Source: Candidatus Doudnabacteria bacterium (GTDB lineage: Bacteria > Patescibacteriota > Doudnabacteria > UBA920). Taken from it: a stretch of 64,000 nucleotides of DNA. This document shows, one piece after another, positions 24,829 through 33,814 of the stretch; position 1 is the stretch's first letter, and each line of letters starts with the position of its first letter. A program made the translations under genes and the position numbers. The stretch spans positions 14,915-78,914 of the forward strand of contig JARLHZ010000034.1 of assembly GCA_031291995.1 (NCBI GenBank), given 5' to 3'. Below the pieces are notes generated by a model that was not told the origin of the DNA, did not search any database, and saw nothing but the letters and a program-made list of their open reading frames with translations.

Positions 24829-25209
24829 GTCATTCCGAGGGAGTGCATCCGACCGAGGAATCCCTTAGTATATGAAAGAGTATCAATATTTCGTATATAT
24901 AATGGCCAGTAATAGCGGCACGTTATATACTGGCATAACAAGTGATTTGTATAAAAGGGTTTATCAGCATAAAAATAACCTAATTGAAGGTTTTACAAAA
25001 AAATACCAATGTCATAAACTTGTCTATTTTGAGGAAACTACCGAGGCGGAATCGGCGATTGCAAGAGAAAAGCAAATTAAAGGTTGGAGCAGGTGGAAGA
25101 AGGAAGATTTGATAAGGTCAAAAAATTTTTACTGGGAAGACCTATCCAAAAGCTGGGAATAATAAACTAAGGGATCCCTCGGCCGTATTCCCAGGCCTCG
25201 GGATGACAC
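24829..25209. mobile_element. about 380 bp element: GIY-YIG (COG2827) gene flanked by about 36 bp imperfect terminal inverted repeats
   Basis: Left GTCATTCCGAGGGAGTGCATCCGACCGAGGAATCCC (24829-24866) and right GGGATCCCTCGGCCGTATTCCCAGGCCTCGGGATGAC (25172-25209) are reverse complements of one another with a few mismatches. Confidence 0.6.
24872..25162 (+). CDS. small stand-alone GIY-YIG nuclease-domain protein (COG2827/YhbQ-like)
   Basis: 96 aa. YFVYIMAS…GTLYTGITSDLYKRVYQH GIY…YIG motif. Confidence 0.8.
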   Translation: MKEYQYFVYIMASNSGTLYTGITSDLYKRVYQHKNNLIEGFTKKYQCHKLVYFEETTEAESAIAREKQIKGWSRWKKEDLIRSKNFYWEDLSKSWE

Positions 25210-25535
25210 ATGGCATAAAAATGAAAATTTTTAGCTTAAAGTCAAGAACTGGTTTGGTGGCATGGAGTATAATATTAGGATTTATCATTAATGTTATAGT
25301 AAGTGCTTTAGCTTACGCATTTGGTTACGTTGAAAGAACCCCGGCATTTTGTTTAACTTGTATATCACCTCAAACGGTGAGTTATTTTTATGGATTTCCA
25401 TTTCAGGTTTGGTTGGATCGATTTTCAAGTCCGGGCATTTGGGAATATTATTTTTTCTTTAACTTGCTTTTTTGGATTTTTGTCATTTTAGTCATTTTAA
25501 GTTTGATCAGATATTTTAAGCATAAGAAAGTGTAG
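25203..25535 (+). CDS. hypothetical small membrane protein
   Basis: 110 aa with 2-3 hydrophobic helices. No homology recognised. Confidence 0.35.
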   Translation: MTHGIKMKIFSLKSRTGLVAWSIILGFIINVIVSALAYAFGYVERTPAFCLTCISPQTVSYFYGFPFQVWLDRFSSPGIWEYYFFFNLLFWIFVILVILSLIRYFKHKKV

Positions 25536-25600
25536 TTAGCCCATTTATGGGCTGCTGTGATAGGAACAGCCGATAAATCGGCTAACTACAAAAAACAAAA

Positions 25601-26614
25601 ATGTTTGACATAATCAGCATCGGCGATCCGACAATAGACACGTTTTTGATTGTTAAGGACGTGGAAATAAAGGAAATTAACGGGCAAAAAAAAGCTCTGA
25701 TTAATTGGGGCGACAAATTGCCTGTTGATCAGTTTTATCGTACCGTCGCGGGCAACGCGGCTAATAACGCCGTGGGTAGCGCCCGCTTGGGCCTGGTAAC
25801 GGGATTCTATTGTGTCGTGGCCCACGACACCGGCGGACGCGAAATCGTCCACAAAATGGAAAAAGAAGGCGTGTCGGCTCGCTACATCATCAAAAACGAC
25901 AAACATCCGACCAATGCCTCCACGGTTCTGTCGCATGACGGCGAGCGCACGATTTTTGTCTATCATGAGCACCGGCATTATAAACTTCCCGAGTTCGCCC
26001 ATTCCAAATGGGTCTATTTAACTAGTATGGGGGTGGGGTTTGAAAAAATTTATAAAGATTTGGCCCGCTACCTCGACCGATATAAGGTAAAATTGGGTTT
26101 TAACCCGGGCACGTTCCAATTGCGGGCCGGCCCTAAAGCCAATGCGGAAATGTTAAAACGGACGGATTTGTTGTCGGTAAATGTCGAGGAGGCTCAGAGC
26201 TGGGTGGGGGAACACGGGCGTGACCCGGAATTGCTTTGCAAACATCTGATGAAGCTGGGTGTCAAAGCTGTGGCACTTACCGACGGCCGCAAAGGCGCGT
26301 ATAGTTATTCCAATGACGGCTTTTACTATATAGAAGAATATCCCGGTCCAAGGATTGAGGCTACGGGGGCCGGGGATTCCTTTACCACGGCCTATATTGC
26401 CGCTTTGGCGCACGGCCTTTCGCATAAAGACGCGTTGCGCTGGGGACCGATGAACGCGGGCTCGGTTGTCCAGCAAGTCGGCCCGCAGGCCGGTCTTTTG
26501 ACCAAAAAAGAAATGGAAGGCCAGTTAAAAAAATTGAAACAGTTCCAGGTGGTGGAAATCACGGAAGAAAATAATGAAAAATTAAAGGAAATGGTCAGTA
26601 AGAAAAAGGATTAA
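25601..26614 (+). CDS. PfkB-family carbohydrate kinase (ribokinase-like)
   Basis: 337 aa. C-terminal GAGDSFTTAYIAALAHG PfkB signature. Confidence 0.82.
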   Translation: MFDIISIGDPTIDTFLIVKDVEIKEINGQKKALINWGDKLPVDQFYRTVAGNAANNAVGSARLGLVTGFYCVVAHDTGGREIVHKMEKEGVSARYIIKNDKHPTNASTVLSHDGERTIFVYHEHRHYKLPEFAHSKWVYLTSMGVGFEKIYKDLARYLDRYKVKLGFNPGTFQLRAGPKANAEMLKRTDLLSVNVEEAQSWVGEHGRDPELLCKHLMKLGVKAVALTDGRKGAYSYSNDGFYYIEEYPGPRIEATGAGDSFTTAYIAALAHGLSHKDALRWGPMNAGSVVQQVGPQAGLLTKKEMEGQLKKLKQFQVVEITEENNEKLKEMVSKKKD

Positions 26615-26711
26615 ATTTATAAAATTGGTGTAATTAAGGAACTAAGATTCCTGCCTTCGCAGGAATGACACAAGTGTACTAATCCTAGAGGCGGGTATCT
26701 CCTAGTGAGTC

Positions 26712-27064
26712 ATTCCTGGCAGTAGCATCCGAGACCAGGAATCTTGAATCCCATGAAGAATTATTTTGTTTATATATTGGCAAGTAAAAAAGATGGAGTA
26801 TTGTATATTGGAGTTACAGGTGATTTAATAAGAAGAGTATGGGAACATAAAAATAACATAATAGAGGGTTTTACCAAGAAGTATTTTGTGCACCGGTTAG
26901 TATATTTTGAATCAACGACAGATGTTGAAAGTGCAATAAACAGGGAGACGCAATTAAAAAGATGGAAGCGCGATTGGAAAATTAAACTTTTTGAAAAAGA
27001 TAATCCCAATTGGGAAGATTTATATCCAAAAATAATTTAAGATTCCTGCCTTCGCAGGAATTAC
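26712..27064. mobile_element. second GIY-YIG element bounded by the same hairpin-repeat family
   Basis: Left GTCATTCCTGGCAGTAGCATCCGAGACCAGGAATCT (26712-26747). Right AGATTCCTGCCTTCGCAGGAATTAC (27040-27064). Extra partner copies lie at 26645-26673, 27076-27115 and 27161-27187. Confidence 0.55.
26744..27040 (+). CDS. small stand-alone GIY-YIG nuclease-domain protein (COG2827-like), paralogue of 24872-25162
   Basis: 98 aa. YFVYILAS…GVLYIGVTGDLIRRVWEH, colinear with the first copy. Confidence 0.8.
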   Translation: MNPMKNYFVYILASKKDGVLYIGVTGDLIRRVWEHKNNIIEGFTKKYFVHRLVYFESTTDVESAINRETQLKRWKRDWKIKLFEKDNPNWEDLYPKII

Positions 27065-27075
27065 GCACTTAGAAT

Positions 27076-27187
27076 ATGTCATTCCTGGCGAGTGCAGCCG
27101 AGACCAGGAATCTTACAACCAAACTGGTATTAAAATTTATAACTTTTATCATAAATAATTTAAGATTCCTGCCTTCGCAGGAACGAC
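27076..27187. repeat. gene-less TIR pair (Y arm 27076-27115, X arm 27161-27187) of the GIY-YIG-element family, directly upstream of gap
   Basis: GTCATTCCTGGCGAGTGCAGCCGAGACCAGGAATCT, about 45 nt AT-rich spacer, then AGATTCCTGCCTTCGCAGGAACGAC. Same arms as the intact element with the gene missing. Confidence 0.55.
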
Positions 27188-27200
27188 ATAAAGGGAAAAC

Positions 27201-28223
27201 ATGAAGACAATCAAAGTCGGCATAAATGGGTTTGGGAGGATTGGCAGGCAGGCGTTTAAAATCGCCCTGGAGCACGAGGAAGTGGAAGTGGTCGGTATTA
27301 ACGATTTAACTTCTACTGCCGTCCTGGCGCATTTGCTGAAATATGACAGCGTTTACGGGCGTTATCATCATAAAATTGAATTTGACGAGACAAACATAAT
27401 CGTCGAAGGTAAAAAATATCCGGTATCCGCGGAAAAAGATCCGGCGGCATTGCCGTGGGGCAAGCTCGGCGCGGAAGTGATTATTGAATGTACCGGCCGA
27501 TTTACCGACAGCGAAAAAGCCGGCGCGCACTTAAAAGCCGGCGCGAAAAAAGTGGTTATTAGCGCTCCGGCTAAAGACGAAGGCATTACGCCCACAATCG
27601 TTTTGGGCGTTAATGAGCAAAAATATACCGGCCAGAACATCATAAGCAACGCTTCCTGCACTACCAACTGTATTGCGCCGGTTTTGGCGGTTATGAATGA
27701 AACCTTTGGCGTAGAAAAAGCGCTAATGTCCACAATCCACAGCTACACCGCCGAGCAGAATTTGGTTGACGGGCCGCCGCCGGGGGGGAAATCCAACGAC
27801 CTTCGCCGGGCGCGCGCCGCGGCTTTAAATATTATTCCGACCACGACCGGCGCGGCCATTTCAGCTACTCAGGCCATTCCGGAGCTAAAAGGCAAGTTTG
27901 ACGGCGTATCGTTCCGCGTGCCTACCCCCGTTGGTTCGTTATCGGATTTCACAATGCTCCTTAAGAGAAATGTGACCAAAGAAGAAATCAACAAGGCCTT
28001 TACCGACGCGGCCGCAACCAAGCGTTTTAAGGGAATTTTGGAAGTAACCAACGAGCCAATAGTATTATCGGACATAGTCGCCAATCCCGCATCTTCGATT
28101 GTCGATTTGGCCTTAACCCAAGTTGTGGACGGAAACTTTGTTAAAGTCGTCGCCTGGTATGATAATGAGTTTGGCTACAGTCATAGGTTGGTGGAAGAAG
28201 TAATAATGGTCGGTAAATCATAA
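27201..28223 (+). CDS. gap: glyceraldehyde-3-phosphate dehydrogenase
   Basis: 340 aa. INGFGRIGR Rossmann motif and active-site SCTTNCIAP. Confidence 0.95.
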   Translation: MKTIKVGINGFGRIGRQAFKIALEHEEVEVVGINDLTSTAVLAHLLKYDSVYGRYHHKIEFDETNIIVEGKKYPVSAEKDPAALPWGKLGAEVIIECTGRFTDSEKAGAHLKAGAKKVVISAPAKDEGITPTIVLGVNEQKYTGQNIISNASCTTNCIAPVLAVMNETFGVEKALMSTIHSYTAEQNLVDGPPPGGKSNDLRRARAAALNIIPTTTGAAISATQAIPELKGKFDGVSFRVPTPVGSLSDFTMLLKRNVTKEEINKAFTDAAATKRFKGILEVTNEPIVLSDIVANPASSIVDLALTQVVDGNFVKVVAWYDNEFGYSHRLVEEVIMVGKS

Positions 28224-28225
28224 TA

Positions 28226-28582
28226 ATGATGAAAATTACCAGAAAAAATTCTGTAATATTTGGGTTAATTTTTGCGGTCTCGTTTATCGTGGTGTATTTT
28301 CTGCAAAATTATATTTTGGTCGCTTTTGGTCTTGATTATTTTAACAGTCTTGGACTCGCATTTCTTCTGCCCTTATGTATTGTCTTTTTTTCTGAGGTTG
28401 CTATTTTGTATTTTAATCAGGAATTACCAATAAAAGAAAAATTTGTTGATTTTATTGTTGCGGGCATTTCCTTTGTTGTCGCGTTGACGATAGTTTGGTA
28501 TGGGGCGGTATATCTCCTTGCTTCTCGAAGTTACAATCTCGAAGGCTGTCATGCGGCAAATGGCATAAACTGCGGTGTTTAA
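28226..28582 (+). CDS. hypothetical small membrane protein
   Basis: 118 aa, 3 predicted TM helices. Wedged between gap and pgk. Confidence 0.4.
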   Translation: MMKITRKNSVIFGLIFAVSFIVVYFLQNYILVAFGLDYFNSLGLAFLLPLCIVFFSEVAILYFNQELPIKEKFVDFIVAGISFVVALTIVWYGAVYLLASRSYNLEGCHAANGINCGV

Positions 28583-28666
28583 GTTATAAGTCGGTAATCG
28601 TGTCAAGGGCGACCCTTGACACTCAATATTTAATCAATCCCACGAGGGTGGATTAATAAAAAATAT

Positions 28667-29890
28667 ATGGCAATTAAGTATTTGAGCAAATCATCGGTTA
28701 AAAATAAAGTTGTGCTGTTGCGCGTGGATGTGAATGTGCCAATAGACGGCGGTAAAGTGTCCGATGCTTTTCGGATTGAACAGATTATCCCGACAATCAG
28801 GCATTTGCAGGCGGATGGCAATTCGGTAATTGTTTGCGGGCATTTGGGTAGACCAAAGGGAAAGGTGGATTCGACGCTGTCTTTAAAACCCGTGGCCGAA
28901 CTTATGGCTGACATGCTTGGCTATAAATCTTTAACAACGGCCCACGCTCTGCCGGATTACGGTATTAACCACCTCATTTTTTACACCGGGAGTATAACGG
29001 AAGAAAAACACCACGCTCAGCTTTCGTCGGTGCCAAGCAAGGATGTCGTGCTTTTGGAAAACCTGCGCTTTTATCCCGGCGAAGAGGAAAATGACCCGGT
29101 ATTTGCGAAAAAATTGGCAAGCTTTTCCGATGTCTATGTAAACGACGCGTTCGGCGTGGATCACCGTGAATCGGCATCCACGGTCGGCGTGACCAAATAC
29201 CTGGATAGCTATTGCGGTCTGCTCTTGGAAAAAGAAATTAAAGCCCTGGATATGGTCATGCAAAAAGTCCAACACCCGTTTGTGGTTATGACCGGCGGTA
29301 TTAAACTTTCCGAAAAAGTCGGTACGCTGCAAAATTTGGGCAAACAAGCCGATAAAATTCTGGTGGGTGGCGGCGTGGCCAACCTGATTTTTAAAACCAA
29401 GGATTATGAAATCGGTTTATCCAAAATTGAAGAAAGTGAAGCTAAAACCGCCTGGGAAATCAGCAAAAATTTTAAAGACAAATTAGTTCTGCCTTTGGAC
29501 GTTGTGGTCGCCAATAAAAATCTTGACAAGCACTCCATTCGGGCAATCGAGCCGTTTGACGTAAAAAAAGATGAGCAAATGTTGGACATAGGCCCAAAAA
29601 CCATTTTAGAATATTCCAAAATTATCAAGGAGGCTAAAACCATTGTCTGGAGCGGACCGTTTGGCCTGTTTGAAAAAAAGCCTTTTGATACCGGCACTAT
29701 GGCACTCGCCAGGCTGCTGGGCGGGCGCGGCAAAGGCATTGCCTTTGTCGTCGCCGGCGGGGGAGACACCGTGGACGCCATCAAACAAGCCGGCCAGTTT
29801 GAACATTTTGACCACGTCTCCACCGGCGGCGGCGCCATGCTCGAATATTTAGCCGGCAAAAAACTGCCCGGGATTGAAGCATTAAAATAA
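28667..29890 (+). CDS. pgk: phosphoglycerate kinase
   Basis: 407 aa. LLRVDVNVP, GHLGRPKG and GGGA…GG motifs. Confidence 0.95.
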   Translation: MAIKYLSKSSVKNKVVLLRVDVNVPIDGGKVSDAFRIEQIIPTIRHLQADGNSVIVCGHLGRPKGKVDSTLSLKPVAELMADMLGYKSLTTAHALPDYGINHLIFYTGSITEEKHHAQLSSVPSKDVVLLENLRFYPGEEENDPVFAKKLASFSDVYVNDAFGVDHRESASTVGVTKYLDSYCGLLLEKEIKALDMVMQKVQHPFVVMTGGIKLSEKVGTLQNLGKQADKILVGGGVANLIFKTKDYEIGLSKIEESEAKTAWEISKNFKDKLVLPLDVVVANKNLDKHSIRAIEPFDVKKDEQMLDIGPKTILEYSKIIKEAKTIVWSGPFGLFEKKPFDTGTMALARLLGGRGKGIAFVVAGGGDTVDAIKQAGQFEHFDHVSTGGGAMLEYLAGKKLPGIEALK

Positions 29891-29904
29891 AAATTAATAA
29901 AAAA

Positions 29905-30696
29905 ATGAAAAATAAACAATCCCCGAAAAAGTTATTTTGGGATTTTATAATAGTTGTTGTCATAATTATAATCGGGGCGATTTTGTCGTTGGTTTTTAGA
30001 TTTAAAGGGTTGACATCAAGTTTATTTTTTTTCTTTCTTCCAAGTTTTTACCTGTTATGCCGTCAGCCTAAAAGGCTCCACAGAATCTTCGGCGGATCTT
30101 TTTTAATCGGAACAATTTTTGGATTTATTTTTGATTTTATGGCGAACATCGGACATGCTTGGGCGGAGTATAATAGTCAGCTGGTCTTTCCATACAGGAT
30201 ATTGGGAGTGGTTCCTTTAGATGAGTTGATTTGGTATTTTGGGTGGGTTTTAGTAATTGTAACTTTTTACGAACATTTTTTAGAGCACGAAAGAAGGGAT
30301 ACAATTTCCCATAACTATAAGTATGGCTTGCTCCCAGCTTTATTTACCACGGCCTCTATCTTAGTTATATATATTGTTGCGCCAGACAAGTTGGTATTAG
30401 GGCACACCTATTTATTGTTAGGCCTATGTACCTTGGTGCCGTTTATATATTTAACAATAAAAAAGCCGGTTCTATTTATAAAATTCATGAGTATTAGCCC
30501 TTTCTTTTTCTTTCTTTTTTCAATACATGAAATTACGGCGCTCATAATCGGGCAATGGTATTTTCCGGGGAGGTATATTGGCGTTGTCAGCATAGGAAAC
30601 CTTTCATTTCCTTTTGAAGAATTCTTTTTTTGGATATTAATGAGTAGCACAATAGTGCTTTCTTATTATGAATTGTATGTAGACGATGAAAGGTGA
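29905..30696 (+). CDS. hypothetical polytopic membrane protein
   Basis: 263 aa, about 7 hydrophobic segments, rich in F/I. Sits between pgk and eno. Confidence 0.45.
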   Translation: MKNKQSPKKLFWDFIIVVVIIIIGAILSLVFRFKGLTSSLFFFFLPSFYLLCRQPKRLHRIFGGSFLIGTIFGFIFDFMANIGHAWAEYNSQLVFPYRILGVVPLDELIWYFGWVLVIVTFYEHFLEHERRDTISHNYKYGLLPALFTTASILVIYIVAPDKLVLGHTYLLLGLCTLVPFIYLTIKKPVLFIKFMSISPFFFFLFSIHEITALIIGQWYFPGRYIGVVSIGNLSFPFEEFFFWILMSSTIVLSYYELYVDDER

Positions 30697-30766
30697 TAAA
30701 GCGCGGATTTTTAGGGCGGGTTTTTATTTGTGGTATAATGACATTGAAATTAATCCAACAATACTT

Positions 30767-32020
30767 ATGAAAATCACAAAAATTCAGGCTCTGGAGGTTT
30801 TGGACAGCAGGGGAAACCCGACGGTGCAAACCACGGTTTGGGCCGGAGATTTGAGCGCTAAGGCTTCTGTCCCGAGTGGCGCGTCAACAGGCGTGCATGA
30901 GGCTTTGGAATTGCGCGATAATGACAAATATCGCTTCGGGGGCAAAGGCGTTCTCAAAGCCTGCCTTAATGTTGAGAAAAAGATTTTTAAAGCCTTAAAA
31001 GGCTTGTCCGTAGCGGATCAGCAAAAAATTGACCGCACCATGTTGGAGCTGGACGGTACGGCCAATAAGGCAAAACTGGGCGCTAACGCGATTTTATCAG
31101 TTTCTCTTGCCACGGCCAGACTGGCCGCCAAAGCCAAAAAAATTGAACTTTATGAGTACCTGGCAGCTACGTACGGCTATAAGGTAAAGAGTTTGCCCAC
31201 GCCGTTTTTTAATGTTATAAACGGGGGTGTCCATGCCGACAGCGGTTTGGATATCCAGGAATTTTTTTTGATACCGCTTAAAGGCAATTTTGCAAATAAA
31301 CTTAGGATGGCGGCGGAAGTATTCCATTCGCTTAAATCGCAATTGGCCATTCAGGGGCTTGCCACTTCGGTTGGAGACGAGGGCGGCTTTGCGCCAAAAC
31401 TTTCTTCTAACGAGGACGCGCTTAAACAATTGGAGACTGCTATAAAATCGGCTAAATATAAATTGGGCTCGGATTTTGCCTTGGGATTAGACGCGGCGTC
31501 CAGTGAATTTTTTGATGAGAAAAAAGGAGTTTATGAATTGAAAGCGTCAAATATAACGGCGACCCCGGCCAATGTCTATCAGATTTATAAAAAATGGCTG
31601 GCCAAATATCCGCTGCTTGCCCTGGAAGATGGCTGCGCTCAGGATGACTTTTCGGGTTGGAAAGCTTTAACTCAAAATTTGGGTGATAAAACTTTACTTA
31701 TTGGCGACGATATTTTTGTCACAAATCCTATCCGCATCCAAATGGGTATAGAGCAAAAAATTGCCAACGCGGTGTTAATAAAAGTTAACCAGATTGGCAC
31801 GTTAACAGAAACAATCGACGCTATTAAGCTTTCGCAAAAGCATAAATATAAAATAGTATTTTCTCATCGCAGCGGCGAAACTTGCGATAGTTTTATTGCC
31901 GACTTAGCCGTAGCGACAAATGCCGATTATATTAAGAGCGGAGCGCCGAGCCGGGGCGAAAGGCTGGCCAAATATAATCGATTGATGGAAATAGAGGAAC
32001 AATTGACAAAATTTAAATAA
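30767..32020 (+). CDS. eno: enolase (phosphopyruvate hydratase)
   Basis: The ORF opens at 30686, but the enolase N-terminus MKITKIQALEVLDSRGNPTV begins at ATG 30767. An extended -10 TGGTATAAT lies at 30731-30739 upstream. Confidence 0.93.
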   Translation: MKITKIQALEVLDSRGNPTVQTTVWAGDLSAKASVPSGASTGVHEALELRDNDKYRFGGKGVLKACLNVEKKIFKALKGLSVADQQKIDRTMLELDGTANKAKLGANAILSVSLATARLAAKAKKIELYEYLAATYGYKVKSLPTPFFNVINGGVHADSGLDIQEFFLIPLKGNFANKLRMAAEVFHSLKSQLAIQGLATSVGDEGGFAPKLSSNEDALKQLETAIKSAKYKLGSDFALGLDAASSEFFDEKKGVYELKASNITATPANVYQIYKKWLAKYPLLALEDGCAQDDFSGWKALTQNLGDKTLLIGDDIFVTNPIRIQMGIEQKIANAVLIKVNQIGTLTETIDAIKLSQKHKYKIVFSHRSGETCDSFIADLAVATNADYIKSGAPSRGERLAKYNRLMEIEEQLTKFK

Positions 32021-32098
32021 TTGACAAAATTGACATAATTTTGAGCCCGTACATTTTGCTCAATTATGTCAATTATGTCAATTATGCTCAATATTTTA
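32021..32098 (+). repeat. Family A-related intergenic repeat, copy 4 (between eno and gpmI), plus a 9-mer tandem repeat
   Basis: TAA-TTGACAAAATTGACATAATTTTGAGC…, then (AATTATGTC)x3 running into the gpmI start region. Confidence 0.7.
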
Positions 32099-33718
32099 AT
32101 GAAGCATAAAATTTACAAGAAAGTAGCGCTGGTAATTTTAGACGGTTTTGGCGTGGCGCCGGCCGGGCGGGGCAATGCCATTTCGCGGGCCAAGACTCCG
32201 ACTTTGGATTATTTGGTGGACAATTATCCCAGCCTGACGCTGCAAGCCTCGGGTCCGCTGGTTGGCCTGCCGTGGGGGGAAATGGGAAACAGTGAAGTTG
32301 GCCATTTAAACATTGGAGCCGGACGGATTGTCGGACAGGATTTGCCGCGCATTAGCAACTCCATCCAAAATGGCGGCTTTTTTTCGAACGCGGTATTGGT
32401 TGAGGCGGTCGAGCATGCCAAAAAATTTAATTCATCCCTTCACCTGGTGGGCATGGTCAGCCCGGGCGGGGTCCACAGCCTGGACGAACATTTGTACGCT
32501 TTGCTGTCTTTGGCGGCGGAACTGGGTCAGAAAAAAGTTTATATCCATATGTTTACCGACGGTCGCGATACCGATCCAAAAATCGCTCCGGAGTCGATAA
32601 AAAAATTGGACATAAAGATGGCCGAGGTCGGAGTGGGAAAAATTGCCACGGTGTCCGGACGTTTTTACGCCATGGATCGCGGCGGACATTGGGCGCAAAC
32701 CATGATGGCTTATGGCGCCATGGTGGACGGCTTGGGGGAAACCTCGCGTACGCCGGAAGAATGCGTGGCCAAAAATTACCAGGCGCAAATTTTTGACGAA
32801 ATGATTAAGCCGACCGTAATTGTGGACGACGATAATAAAGCTGTGGGTAAGATTTCCGACAACGATGCGCTTATATTTTTTAATTTTCGTTCCGATCGCG
32901 CTTTGCAGCTGACCGAAGCGTTTGTAAGTCCGCAGGGCATGCCTCCCGAATTCGAGCACCGTTTGCTTCAAAATTTATATTTCGCGACCATTACCGAATA
33001 CGCCCCGGGCTTGCCGGTGCATGTGGCATTCGGGCCGATGAGCCTGAAAAATAATCTGGCGGAGGTCGTGTCGAGCAGCCGGCTGACCCAGTTCCATATA
33101 GCCGAAAGCGAAAAATACGCCCACGTGACCGCGTTTTTTAACTGTGGACGCACCGAAAAGTTTCCGGGAGAGGAACGGATTATAGTTACCAGTCCGACAA
33201 ATAACGCGCGCAATTATTCCGACCATCCCGAAATGTCCGCGGAAAAGCTGGCCGATGAACTGACTCTGAAGATTTCCAGCACGGACATTAATTTTTTCCT
33301 TGCTAATTTTGCCAACACCGACATGGTCGGCCATACGGGAAACCTGCTGGCCGGCATCCAGGCGGTCGAATTTGTGGATAAATGCCTGAAGAAAATTCTA
33401 GATGCCTGCATGATGGCTGACGCGGCACTGCTGGTGACTGCCGACCACGGGAACATAGAGCAAATGATAAACCCGAGAACAGGCGACATAGACAAGGACC
33501 ATACGACCAATCCCGTACCGTTGTTGCTGGCGGCCAATGAATTTAAATTCAGCCATCCGTACAGCCGCGGCCTGATGTCGCTGGCTGAGCGTGTGCCGGC
33601 CGGAGCGGTTTCCGACGTGGCGCCCACGGTTTTGGCGCTGTTCGGCTTAAAAAAGCCCCAGGAAATGACCGGGATTGATTTAACCGATGAAATTGACGAG
33701 GTTCCGGCCGCCCACTAA
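32099..33718 (+). CDS. gpmI: 2,3-bisphosphoglycerate-independent phosphoglycerate mutase
   Basis: iPGM motifs (VALVILDGFG, NSEVGHLNIGAGR, TADHGN). The ORF opens at 32066 inside a 9-mer tandem repeat; the start is taken at MKHKIYKK 32099. Confidence 0.9.
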   Translation: MKHKIYKKVALVILDGFGVAPAGRGNAISRAKTPTLDYLVDNYPSLTLQASGPLVGLPWGEMGNSEVGHLNIGAGRIVGQDLPRISNSIQNGGFFSNAVLVEAVEHAKKFNSSLHLVGMVSPGGVHSLDEHLYALLSLAAELGQKKVYIHMFTDGRDTDPKIAPESIKKLDIKMAEVGVGKIATVSGRFYAMDRGGHWAQTMMAYGAMVDGLGETSRTPEECVAKNYQAQIFDEMIKPTVIVDDDNKAVGKISDNDALIFFNFRSDRALQLTEAFVSPQGMPPEFEHRLLQNLYFATITEYAPGLPVHVAFGPMSLKNNLAEVVSSSRLTQFHIAESEKYAHVTAFFNCGRTEKFPGEERIIVTSPTNNARNYSDHPEMSAEKLADELTLKISSTDINFFLANFANTDMVGHTGNLLAGIQAVEFVDKCLKKILDACMMADAALLVTADHGNIEQMINPRTGDIDKDHTTNPVPLLLAANEFKFSHPYSRGLMSLAERVPAGAVSDVAPTVLALFGLKKPQEMTGIDLTDEIDEVPAAH

Positions 33719-33814
33719 TCGGCGATGCCGGAAAAAGAGTAGCCGGCATATCGTATTAATGTACTAGTACGCTAAAATACGAAATTCCGCGTTGCCAAAA
33801 TAACCGAAAATTTT

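Noticed and set aside
25586-26002. 138 aa minus-strand ORF
   Set aside because: Completely overlaps the PfkB kinase gene, which has a clear family signature.
32224-33749. Multiple minus-strand and alternate-frame ORFs (65-179 aa) inside gpmI
   Set aside because: Shadow ORFs within a strongly supported iPGM gene.
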